This document shows, one piece after another, positions 41,855 to 50,323 of a stretch of DNA of 64,000 nt. The notes under the pieces are model-generated. The model was not told the origin of the DNA. It saw only the letters and a list, made by a program, of their open reading frames with translations, and searched no databases. Position 1 is the first letter of the stretch; every line of letters starts with the position of its first letter. Location of the stretch: positions 732,224-796,223 of the forward strand of contig OZ257137.1 of assembly GCA_965279115.1 (NCBI GenBank), in the 5' to 3' direction. The position numbers and the translations under genes were made by a program. This DNA is from Burkholderiales bacterium (GTDB lineage: Bacteria; Pseudomonadota; Gammaproteobacteria; Burkholderiales; JAEUOS01).

Positions 41855-42331
41855 ATGAAAAAATCCCGCACCATCGCACTTGACGATCTGGATCGCCGCC
41901 TGCTGGCCCTCCTGCAGCAAGATACCGCCGTCACCGCCGAGCACCTTGGATCGCAAATCGGCCTGTCCGCCTCTTCGGTGCAACGGCGCATCAAACGCCT
42001 GCGCGCCACCGGCGCGATCCGGCGCGAAGTGGCCATCGTCAATACCGACGCGATCGGCAAGCGCATGACCTTCATCGTCGGCGTGAAGGTGGATTTCGGC
42101 CAGAAGGCCGGCGTCGATGCCCTGCAACGCAAGCTGCTGGCCGATCCGCGCACCCAGCAGGCCTACTACGTGACCGGTGAGGTCGACCTCATGCTGGTGG
42201 TGGTGGTGCAGGACATGCAGGACTACGACAACTGGTCCAAGACCCTGCTGCTTTCCTCCCCCGCGATGCTGCGCTTCCAGTCCAATGTGGTGATCGAGGG
42301 CCTGCGCGTCGGGCTGGCGATTCCGCTTTAA
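41855..42331 (+). CDS. Lrp/AsnC-family transcriptional regulator
   Basis: Contains LDDLDRRLLALLQQDTAVTAEHLGSQIGLSASSVQRRIKRL (HTH) followed by a RAM/ACT-like C-terminal domain (YYVTGEVDLMLVVVV). Confidence 0.9.
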   Translation: MKKSRTIALDDLDRRLLALLQQDTAVTAEHLGSQIGLSASSVQRRIKRLRATGAIRREVAIVNTDAIGKRMTFIVGVKVDFGQKAGVDALQRKLLADPRTQQAYYVTGEVDLMLVVVVQDMQDYDNWSKTLLLSSPAMLRFQSNVVIEGLRVGLAIPL

Positions 42332-42406
42332 GCCGGCGCCAGCCTGGTGCTGGTGCAAAAACTGCTTGATTGGTGTCATCCCATCGCGATTTCCGGAGCC
42401 CTTGAC

Positions 42407-43411
42407 ATGCACCATCGCCCGAAACCCCTCTTCCGTCGACGATTTGTCGCTGCAATGGCAGCCGCATGCGCCGCCGGCCATCCGCTCCTGGCGCACGCGC
42501 AAGGCTATCCCGCCCGCCCGCTGCGCATCGTCGTGCCGTTTCCGCCCGGCGGCAGCACCGACCTGCTGGCGCGCCGCATCGGCGAAGCCCTGTCCAAATC
42601 GCTGGGCCAACCGGTCGTGGTGGAGAATCGCCCGGGCGCCGGCGGCACGACAGGCGCGGACGCGGTCGCCAAATCGGCGCCTGATGGCTACACCCTGCTG
42701 ATGGGCGTGACAGGCAGCAACGCCATCGCGGCGAGCCTGTACCCGAAGTTGCCGTACAACCCGCTAACGGACTTCGCGCCCATCACCCAGGTGGTGTCCG
42801 CGCCGCTGGTGCTGGTAGTGAGCGCCGCATCCGGCATCAAGTCGGTGCGCGAATATGCAGGCGCCGCGAAGGCCACGCCGCTCACCTACGCCTCACCGGG
42901 CAACGGCACCTCCATGCACCTGGCAGGCGAACTCTTCGCCCAGGCCGCGCAAGTGAAGCTAACCCATGTGCCCTACAAGGGCAGCGCCGCCGCGCTCAAC
43001 GACACCCTGGCAGGCACGGTGCAGTCCATGTTCGGCGATTTCCTGGTGGTGCTGCCGCAAATCCGCGCGGGCAAATTGTTGCCATTGGGGGTGACCTCGG
43101 GGCGCCGCCATCCGCTTCTGCCCGACGTGCCCACCATTGCCGAGGCCGGCGCTGGCGTCGGCGGACTAGGAACGCTGGAAGCGGCCTCCTGGCAAGGGCT
43201 CTTCGCGCCGGCCGGCACGCCACGCGACGTCGTCGCACGCCTCAATGCCGAAGTGAACAAGGCACTCGACAGCGCCGAGATCAAGGGCTTTTTCAGCCCG
43301 CAGGGCTTTATCGTCGGCGGCTCCACACCGGAACAGTTCAAGACACTGGTCGAGACCGAAGTCGCCAAGTGGGGCCGCATCGTGAAAGCCGCCGGCGTGG
43401 TGGCCGAATAG
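42407..43411 (+). CDS. Bug/TctC-family periplasmic solute-binding protein
   Basis: ATG 42407 gives MHHRPKPLFRRRFVAAMAAACAAGHPLLAHAQGYPARPLRIVVPFPPGGSTDLLAR, then ENRPGAGG and APDGYT. Confidence 0.9.
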   Translation: MHHRPKPLFRRRFVAAMAAACAAGHPLLAHAQGYPARPLRIVVPFPPGGSTDLLARRIGEALSKSLGQPVVVENRPGAGGTTGADAVAKSAPDGYTLLMGVTGSNAIAASLYPKLPYNPLTDFAPITQVVSAPLVLVVSAASGIKSVREYAGAAKATPLTYASPGNGTSMHLAGELFAQAAQVKLTHVPYKGSAAALNDTLAGTVQSMFGDFLVVLPQIRAGKLLPLGVTSGRRHPLLPDVPTIAEAGAGVGGLGTLEAASWQGLFAPAGTPRDVVARLNAEVNKALDSAEIKGFFSPQGFIVGGSTPEQFKTLVETEVAKWGRIVKAAGVVAE

Positions 43412-43459
43412 GCTGCGTCGGCTCAACAACGACCGCTTGTACTTCCACAGGTTCCCGCC

Positions 43460-43485
43460 CTTACACCCTCTTACACTCGCTTACG
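43460..43485 (+). repeat. three direct CTTAC(A/G) repeats at exact 10-bp spacing upstream of the OMP gene
   Basis: CTTACAccctCTTACActcgCTTACG, starting at 43460, 43470 and 43480. A fourth CTTACA at 43550-43555 abuts the RBS. Confidence 0.5.
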
Positions 43486-43567
43486 GACATCGACGCACTC
43501 CCGCATTTCTAATGCCCGTGTGGCCTTGATATGCCACATGACACTTGGACTTACAGGAGAACAACGC

Positions 43568-44227
43568 ATGTTCGTCAAAAGCAAAGCAGCAATCGCCGCC
43601 GGCTTCGCCAGCACCCTGACCCTGGCCCTGACCGTGGCGGCCCCTCAGGCACGCGCAGCCGACAACGAAGGCTGGTACGGCGGCTTGAACCTGGGGCGCA
43701 GCCACCTGGGACTTACCGGCAGCGAACTCGACAACCGCTTCGGCGCGCAGGGGATCACATCCTCGTCATCGCTCGAGCGGCGCGATACCGCCTACTCGCT
43801 GGTGGGCGGCTACCAGTTCAACCGCAACTTCGCGCTCGAAGGCAGCTACGTCAATCTCGGACGCTTCAATTATCAGGCCACCACCACGGCACCGGCCGCC
43901 GGATCGATCACCGGGCGCTACGGCGTGCGCGGCTTCGGCGTCTCGGCTGTGGGCATCGTGCCGCTGCAGCAGGGGTTCTCCATCTACGGCAAGGCAGGAT
44001 TGCTGCTCGCGAGTACCGAACTCGATGCAAGCCCGAGCGCAGGCATCACCACTGGCTCCTCCAGCGGCCGCTCAAGCAGCGGCAGCTTCGGTTTCGGGCT
44101 CTCCTATGACTTCACCAGGAACATCGTCGGCAAGGCGGAGTGGAACCGCTATACCCGCGTGGGTGACAGCAATACCGGGCGCGGCGATGTCGATCTCTAC
44201 ACGGTGGGGGTGGCGTACAAGTTCTGA
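43568..44227 (+). CDS. small outer-membrane beta-barrel protein (OmpA-like/OmpW-like 8-strand type)
   Basis: An AGGAGA RBS precedes the start. Signal peptide MFVKSKAAIAAGFASTLTLALTVAAPQARA. Alternating amphipathic strands (WYGGLNLGRS, YSLVGGYQF, LEGSYVNLG) and a C-terminal YTVGVAYKF ending in Phe. Confidence 0.8.
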   Translation: MFVKSKAAIAAGFASTLTLALTVAAPQARAADNEGWYGGLNLGRSHLGLTGSELDNRFGAQGITSSSSLERRDTAYSLVGGYQFNRNFALEGSYVNLGRFNYQATTTAPAAGSITGRYGVRGFGVSAVGIVPLQQGFSIYGKAGLLLASTELDASPSAGITTGSSSGRSSSGSFGFGLSYDFTRNIVGKAEWNRYTRVGDSNTGRGDVDLYTVGVAYKF

Positions 44228-44833
44228 TCAACCAGCCTGGGCGTAACGCTTCTTCGACTCCCGGATCATCTCGAGCAACGCCTTGGCCGGATCGCGCCCC
44301 TCCGCCTTGGCGCGTTCCTTGGTTTCCACCCACAGCTTGAGATCGGCTTCGCCCTGCTTGGCATGGCGGTTCCAGTCCGGGTCGATCGGCGTGGTCAGCT
44401 CCAGGCGGATGCCGTTGGGGTCGTGGAAGTAGATGCTCTCGATCATGCCTTTGTGGTCGATCGGGCCGATCACCTCGACGTTGTTTTCCTTCAACCATGC
44501 CAGCCAGCGCCGCACCTCGGCCTGGTTTTCCACCCACAGTGCGCAGTGGTTGAAGGTGTCGTAGGCAGGGTGCGTGGACTTGGCCGCCGGCGGCAGATCG
44601 GTGCATTCGAAGAAGGCGATGGTCGAGCCGTCGCCCATGCGGAAGAAGATGTGGAAGTAGGGAAAGTTCTCGCCGGTGGAAGGCACATGGTCATCGAAGA
44701 TGGTGCTGGCCAGTTCCATGCCCAGAACGCGCGTGTAGAAGTCCGCGGTGGCCGCCACGTCGTGGGTCACATAGGCCAGATGGTTGAGCATTTTCGGCAC
44801 CAGGCCGGCGGGGCGGTTCGTGGGGCGGTTCAT
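44228..44833 (-). CDS. VOC-family protein (glyoxalase/extradiol dioxygenase fold)
   Basis: ATG 44833 follows a GGAGA RBS. Contains MLNHLAYVTHDVAATADFYTRVLGMEL, HIFFRMGDGSTIAFFE, NHCALWV and IYFHDPNGIRLEL. An alternative ATG at 44869 overlaps the upstream stop (ATGA). The track ORF 44228-45286 is an upstream extension. Confidence 0.8.
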   Translation of the reverse strand: MNRPTNRPAGLVPKMLNHLAYVTHDVAATADFYTRVLGMELASTIFDDHVPSTGENFPYFHIFFRMGDGSTIAFFECTDLPPAAKSTHPAYDTFNHCALWVENQAEVRRWLAWLKENNVEVIGPIDHKGMIESIYFHDPNGIRLELTTPIDPDWNRHAKQGEADLKLWVETKERAKAEGRDPAKALLEMIRESKKRYAQAG

Positions 44834-44865
44834 CGCAGGGGTCTCCAGTGAAGTGGGGCGCGCGC

Positions 44866-45900
44866 TCATGCCACGGCGCCGGCGTCGACGCGCTCGGCCA
44901 CGGCGGGCATGACTTGTTCGGCGAACAGGCGCATCGAACGTTCGACATTGGCCTTGGGCATGGCGCCGAAGTTGTGCAAGGTGGCCACATGGCGCACGCC
45001 CATCTCGTGCAAGCGCGCCACCTTGGCCGCCACCGTGTCCACCGAGCCGAACAGGCAGATGCCGTTGGCGAGGATGTCTTCGTAGAAATGCTTCTTGGCG
45101 TAAAGCCGGGTGTCGACATACAGGTCGTAGGCGGCCTTGCACTGTTGCTTGGCCTCTTCGTCGCTGTCGGCCACATAGGTGTGCAGGGTGAAGACATGGT
45201 CGTCGTCCTCCGCCGGCAAGCCCGCCTCGGCACGGCCGCGCCGGTACTCGGCGAGCATGGTGCCGATGTCCTCGAAGTCCTTGCACGAGGCATAGGGCAC
45301 GGTGAAGATGCGGTTGCCCTGTTTGCCCACATGGTAGGCCGCCTCGCGCGCGAGAATGGCCACATGGATGGGCGGCAGCCGACCCGCATGCGGCAGCACG
45401 TTCAGCGCCACCTTGTCAGACTTCGAAAACTTGCCCTGGTAGGAAAGCGTTTCGCCGGCCATCAGGCGCTTGACGATGTCGAGGTTCTCGTTGAAGCGGT
45501 CGCGCTTCTCGGCCGGTTGCGCATCGAAGCCGGTGAACTCGTGGCTCAGATAGCCGGAGCCGACACCAAATACCAGCCGGCCGCCGCTCATCATGTCGAG
45601 CATCGAATAACTCTCGGCGATGCGCCGCGGATCATGAAAGGTGAGGATGGAAATCGCCGAGCCGAGGCGGATCCTGCGCGTGCGTTGCGCCAGGGCGGAG
45701 AGCAGCACCACGGGGTCGGGTACCACGCCGTACTGGTGGAAGTGATGCTCGGCGCAGAAGAAGGTGTCGTAGCCGAGGCTCTCGCCCAGTTCGCATTGCT
45801 GCATCACCTGCTCGTAGAGCTGCGGGATGCTGCGGCCGAGGTCGGGATGGTGGTCGTTGACGGAAAAAACCGAGTACAGCAGAGGTGCCGGGGCGGTCAT
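44866..45900 (-). CDS. luciferase-like (LLM class) flavin-dependent oxidoreductase
   Basis: Starts MTAPAPLLYSVFSVNDHHPD. Contains YDTFFCAEHHFHQYGVVPDP and GGRLVFGVGSGYLSHEF. Start chosen at ATG 45900. Confidence 0.8.
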   Translation of the reverse strand: MTAPAPLLYSVFSVNDHHPDLGRSIPQLYEQVMQQCELGESLGYDTFFCAEHHFHQYGVVPDPVVLLSALAQRTRRIRLGSAISILTFHDPRRIAESYSMLDMMSGGRLVFGVGSGYLSHEFTGFDAQPAEKRDRFNENLDIVKRLMAGETLSYQGKFSKSDKVALNVLPHAGRLPPIHVAILAREAAYHVGKQGNRIFTVPYASCKDFEDIGTMLAEYRRGRAEAGLPAEDDDHVFTLHTYVADSDEEAKQQCKAAYDLYVDTRLYAKKHFYEDILANGICLFGSVDTVAAKVARLHEMGVRHVATLHNFGAMPKANVERSMRLFAEQVMPAVAERVDAGAVA

Positions 45901-46034
45901 CTGGTTCGTCTCCACTGGCGTGGCCGCTTGCGATTGCGGCTTATGGTTGGATTGTGCGAGACTGATTCTACATTTCACAAAACTGCTGCGTTGCAACCTT
46001 GCAAATGCGGCCCGAGACCCCGGAGGAGACTGCA

Positions 46035-47027
46035 GTGCGAATATTTCGTTCGTCGACCTTTCTTGCCAATCTTGCCCGGCTGCTGGCGGCCGGCGCGCTC
46101 ACCTGGGGCGCCGCCGCATTGGCGCAAACCTATCCGTCCAAACCCATCAACTGGGTGGTCGGCTTTCCGCCCGGCGGCGGCGCCGATGCCGTGACCCGCA
46201 TGGTGGCGGCCAAGATGTCGCAGAATATGGGGCAAAGCATCGTGGTGGAAAACCGGCCCGGTGCCAGCGCCATCATCGCCACGCAGTACGTGGCGCAGGC
46301 GCCGGCTGACGGCTATACGGTGCTCAGCGCCGAGCAAGGCGCCCTGGTCTACAACAGCGCGTTGTTCTCCAAGCTGCCCTACGACGCCGCGCGCGACCTG
46401 ACTGCCGTTTCCAACATGATCCGCGCGCCGCTGCTGCTGGTGGTGCACCCGTCGTATCCCGCCACCGACCTGAAGTCATTCATCGAGGGCGCCAGGCGGC
46501 AACCGGGCAAGCTCAACTACGCTTCCCCGGGCAAGGGTCTGGCGCACAGCCTGGCGATGGAGATCTTCAAGGTAAAGGCCGGACTCGACATCGCCGACAT
46601 CACCTACAAGGGACTCGGACCCGCCACCCAGGACGTGCTGGCGGGGCAGGTGCCGATCGGCGTGATCGACACGGTGGTGGCGACCCAGCATATCCGCGCC
46701 GGCAAGCTTCGCGCGCTGGCGGCGTTTTCCAACACCCGCCTGGCGGTGCTGCCAGATGTGCCCACCACCACCGAGCTTGGCTACCCCGACCTCGACATCG
46801 CGCCCATCGTCGGCATGGTGGTGCCAAGCAAGACCCCGCGCGAGATCGTCAATCGGCTTGGCATGGAAGTGGCCAGGGCGGTGCGCGACCCCGAGGTCAA
46901 CAAGAAGCTCACAGACCTGGGCCTGGAGGTAATCGGCAATACACCGGAGCAGTTCGCCGCGTACATCGATGACGAGACCAAACGCCGCCTGCCGGCGATC
47001 CGGGCGTTGAACATCCGGCTGGACTAA
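46035..47027 (+). CDS. Bug/TctC-family periplasmic solute-binding protein
   Basis: GTG 46035 follows a GGAGGAG RBS; the track begins at ATG 45999. Contains LARLLAAGALTWGAAALAQTYPSKPINWVVGFPPGGGADAVTR, ENRPGASA and PADGYT. Confidence 0.85.
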   Translation: MRIFRSSTFLANLARLLAAGALTWGAAALAQTYPSKPINWVVGFPPGGGADAVTRMVAAKMSQNMGQSIVVENRPGASAIIATQYVAQAPADGYTVLSAEQGALVYNSALFSKLPYDAARDLTAVSNMIRAPLLLVVHPSYPATDLKSFIEGARRQPGKLNYASPGKGLAHSLAMEIFKVKAGLDIADITYKGLGPATQDVLAGQVPIGVIDTVVATQHIRAGKLRALAAFSNTRLAVLPDVPTTTELGYPDLDIAPIVGMVVPSKTPREIVNRLGMEVARAVRDPEVNKKLTDLGLEVIGNTPEQFAAYIDDETKRRLPAIRALNIRLD

Positions 47028-47082
47028 CTGCGCGCCGGCCAGTCGCGCCGTCGCCTGAGCGCGCGGCGCGGCGGTGGCCCCA

Positions 47083-48342
47083 CTAGCCGCGATTGGCGCG
47101 GCGCAGGGCCGCATGCAGCAACACATTGATACCCGGCACGGTTTCCTCCAGCCCGGCATGCTCGTGATTGTTGTGGGTAATGCCATCGCGGCAGGGTGTG
47201 AAGATCATGGCGGTCGGCGCCACCTTGGCGATGTGATACGCGTCGTGCCCGGCCTGGCTGGCGATGTCCAGGGTCGGCACGCCAAGGGAAGCTGCGGTAT
47301 CGCGCACCAGCCCGACCATCCCGGCATCGAAGATATCGGCGCCCCAGTGCCATTCATCGAACACCTTCATTTCGCAGTTGGATCGCTGCGCGCAATCGGC
47401 CAACGCGGCCATGAACTCGGTACGCATCGCGTCCGCAACGGCCGGATCGTCGTGCCGGACATCCCCGGTGAATTGCGCGTAGTCGGAGAGGATGCCGGGC
47501 TTGTTGGGCCAGGCGTGAATCCGCGCGGCCGTGCCCTTGCCGCCAGTTGCGTGATACTTCCAGCCGATATCGTTGACGGCCACCGCCAGCATCGCCGCAC
47601 CGACCAGCGCGTTCCTGCGCTTGTCCATCGGCCATGGGCCGGTGTGGGCAGTTTCGCCCAGCACATCGATGATGAAGCCGTGCGCGGTATAGCCGTGCGT
47701 GACCACGCCCACCGGGACCTTGCGTGCATCGAGTTCCGGCCCCTGCTCGATATGCAGTTCGAAATAGCTGTCCAGCGCGCGGCCGCCCACCGGTACCGGG
47801 CCGAGATAACCGATGCGCTGCAGTTCCGCGCCGATGGTGGCACCGTCATCCGCCTGGCGTGCGTAGACCCACTCGACCGGATGCACGCCGGCAAAGGCCG
47901 CCGAGCCCACCATCGGCGGCGAGAAACGGGCGCCCTCCTCGTTCATCCAGACCGCCACTTCGATGGGACGACGGGTCTGGATGGCGCGGTCGTTGAGCGT
48001 GCGCACCACCTCGAGCGCCGCCAGCACGCCGACGATGCCGTCGTAGCGCCCGCCGTTGATCTGGGTGTCCAGATGCGAACCCAGCACCACCGGCGGCAAC
48101 GATTCGTACTCACCCCGGCGCCGGGCGAAGATGTTGCCGACAGCGTCCACCGTAACGCCCATTCCGGCCTCGCGACACCAGGCGCAGAACTCGTCGCGCA
48201 TCTGCTTGTCCGCATCGGTGAGCGCCACGCGGGCGAGCCCGCCGGGCCGGCCAACACCAATCTGCGCGGAGCGCTCGATGGTGAACCAGAACCGCGAGGC
48301 ATCGATGCGCAAATCCGCCAATACGTAGGTGCCCTGCTCCAT
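47083..48342 (-). CDS. M20-family Zn amidohydrolase (hydantoinase/carbamoylase-type: N-carbamoyl-amino-acid / allantoate amidohydrolase-like)
   Basis: ATG 48342 follows a GGAGGA RBS. Contains DAVGNIFARRRG, VVLGSHLDTQINGGRYDGIVGV, WMNEEGARF and FTPCRDGITHN. Confidence 0.85.
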   Translation of the reverse strand: MEQGTYVLADLRIDASRFWFTIERSAQIGVGRPGGLARVALTDADKQMRDEFCAWCREAGMGVTVDAVGNIFARRRGEYESLPPVVLGSHLDTQINGGRYDGIVGVLAALEVVRTLNDRAIQTRRPIEVAVWMNEEGARFSPPMVGSAAFAGVHPVEWVYARQADDGATIGAELQRIGYLGPVPVGGRALDSYFELHIEQGPELDARKVPVGVVTHGYTAHGFIIDVLGETAHTGPWPMDKRRNALVGAAMLAVAVNDIGWKYHATGGKGTAARIHAWPNKPGILSDYAQFTGDVRHDDPAVADAMRTEFMAALADCAQRSNCEMKVFDEWHWGADIFDAGMVGLVRDTAASLGVPTLDIASQAGHDAYHIAKVAPTAMIFTPCRDGITHNNHEHAGLEETVPGINVLLHAALRRANRG

Positions 48343-48344
48343 GA

Positions 48345-49376
48345 TCAATCCTCCAGAAGTGCCCGGACGGCGTTTTCGATAAAGGCGGCGTCCTCCGGCG
48401 CCTGGAACGGATTGCCGGCGCGATGCCCCCATATCGACGGAATCGGCTTGAGTTCGGCCCGGGCCAGGTGCGGCAACTCGCGGCGATTGTCCTCGATGCG
48501 AAAGTAAAGGTCATGATCTCCCGGCATCAGCAGCACCCGCGCGCGGATCGAATTGAGCGCCTTGGGCAGGTCGCCGCCGAAATCCGCGTGCGCGCCGATG
48601 TCGCCGTTCTGCCAGGTCCAGAGTTGCGCCAGCAGGTCCTCCGGGGCGCGGCGAGCATAGTTGGCCTCCCAACTGCGCACCAGGAAGTCTTCCAGCGAAG
48701 AGAAGCCGATACCGCGCCACACCTCCTCGCGGTAAAACTCCTGCGACAACGCCCAGCCGGCATACACCCTGCCCATGGCGCGGAATCCGCGCACCGGCTT
48801 CGCCGTGAACATGCCATCGTTGTAGGCGGGGTCGGCCGTCAGCGCGGCGCGCACCCCTTCGAGGAACACCGCGTTGTGCGGCGCGCAGCGCGCCGAGCCG
48901 CACACCACAGCGATGCGCTCGACCAGGTCGGGAAACGCCACCGCCCAGTGATAAGCCTGCATGGCGCCCATCGACCAGCCATAAACCAGCTTCACCTTCG
49001 CGATGCCGAACACTTCCGCCAGCAGCCGCTGCTGCACCCGCACCGCATCGTGATAGGTCACATCGGGGTAGCGATCGCCCACCAGCGGCCACGGCGTGTT
49101 CGAGGGTGATGAGGACAACCCGTTGCCAAACAGGTTGGGAATGATCACGAAGTACTTCGCAGGATCGAGTGCGCCGCCGGACCGCACCAGCCACTGCGTG
49201 TCGTAGTGCTGCGCCGCGAACGAAGTCGGATAGACGATCACGTTCGAACGGTCGGCATTGAGGGTGCCGAACGTCTTGTAGGCGATTTTCATGGCCGGAA
49301 ACGTGCGTCCGGATTGCAGGACGACATCGCCTGCGTCATAGATGCGATAGTCCGCCTGGGTGGCGATGGTGGTCAT
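48345..49376 (-). CDS. alpha/beta-fold hydrolase/acyltransferase, homoserine O-acetyltransferase (MetX)-like
   Basis: Starts MTTIATQADYRIYDAGDVVLQSGRTFPAMKIAYKTFGTLN. The nucleophile elbow is YGWSMGAMQAY. Also contains LLMPGDHDLYF and WGHRAG (His). Confidence 0.75.
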   Translation of the reverse strand: MTTIATQADYRIYDAGDVVLQSGRTFPAMKIAYKTFGTLNADRSNVIVYPTSFAAQHYDTQWLVRSGGALDPAKYFVIIPNLFGNGLSSSPSNTPWPLVGDRYPDVTYHDAVRVQQRLLAEVFGIAKVKLVYGWSMGAMQAYHWAVAFPDLVERIAVVCGSARCAPHNAVFLEGVRAALTADPAYNDGMFTAKPVRGFRAMGRVYAGWALSQEFYREEVWRGIGFSSLEDFLVRSWEANYARRAPEDLLAQLWTWQNGDIGAHADFGGDLPKALNSIRARVLLMPGDHDLYFRIEDNRRELPHLARAELKPIPSIWGHRAGNPFQAPEDAAFIENAVRALLED

Positions 49377-49489
49377 GGCGCAAGACTCGGGAGACGAAAA
49401 CGGGACACCATGATAGCGCCCGCAGTGCACGGCCGTGCGCTGCGGGCAGGGGCAACCCGGACACCCCTCCCGGGGCATCCGTATGGCCT

Positions 49490-50323
49490 TTAGTGCGACA
49501 TCAGCACCGGCACCGTCATTTCCTTGAGGATGGTGCGGGTCACGCCGCCGAGCACGAGTTCACGCAGGCGCGAGTGGCCATAGGCGCCCATCACCAGCAG
49601 GTCGGCGCCCAGGTCGGAGATGCGCGACAACAAGAGCGACCCGACATCTATGCCGGCCGTGCGTTCCTGGGAGACCTCGACCTTGACACCGTGCCGCGCG
49701 AGGTAGAGCGCGATATCCGCACCCGGTGTCTCGCCATGCCCGCCCGAACCGGGATTCGCGTCGCCTACGATCACGGTGACGCGCTTGGCACGCTTGAGCA
49801 GGGGCAATCCGTCAGTAACCGCGCGCGTCGACTCCTTGGTGGCGCTCCAGGCCACCACGGCATGCTCGCCGAAGGTCGGGAAACTGCCCGCGTATGGAAT
49901 CATCAGCGTGGGGCGGCCCGCCGCGAGAATGGCGTGATCCGGGAAGTCGCGCTGCTCGGGCCCGTCGACCTTGTCGGCATCCGCCTGGCCTAGGACAACC
50001 AGGTCCGCATAGCGTGCGCTGGTGGCAAGGCCGTGAACCGGATCACCCGAAAGACGGCGCACTTCCACACTGGATAGTCCTTCGCGGCGCGCGATGGCTT
50101 CAAACGCCTCGCCCGACGCGATGGCGTCGGCTTCGGCACGCTGCAGTTGGGCACGCGCGACTTCCTCACCCAGATGGGCGCGCACATAGGGCGGCAGGCG
50201 GGTGATATCCACGTGGGAAAGGCCGGTAAGGTGCGCACCGGATTCCTGGGCGAGCTTGATGGCGGCGTCGGCCGGCGCACTGCGCTTGGGATCGAGCCAC
50301 ACTGTGATGGACTTGTATGACAT
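49490..50323 (-). CDS. universal stress protein, tandem UspA-domain type (277 aa)
   Basis: ATG 50323 gives MSYKSITVWLD. The first domain ends DLVVLGQ. The second has VVAWSATKES...ADLLVMGAYGHSRLRELVLGGVTRTILKEMTVPVLMSH (the G-2x-G-9x-G-S/T ATP motif). Confidence 0.85.
   Translation of the reverse strand: MSYKSITVWLDPKRSAPADAAIKLAQESGAHLTGLSHVDITRLPPYVRAHLGEEVARAQLQRAEADAIASGEAFEAIARREGLSSVEVRRLSGDPVHGLATSARYADLVVLGQADADKVDGPEQRDFPDHAILAAGRPTLMIPYAGSFPTFGEHAVVAWSATKESTRAVTDGLPLLKRAKRVTVIVGDANPGSGGHGETPGADIALYLARHGVKVEVSQERTAGIDVGSLLLSRISDLGADLLVMGAYGHSRLRELVLGGVTRTILKEMTVPVLMSH

Noticed and set aside
42366-42379. TTGATtggtGTCAT upstream of the Bug gene at 42407, a possible second FNR box
   Set aside because: Only one half-site matches: the second half is GTCAT against ATCAA (3 of 5). 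This is too weak to call.
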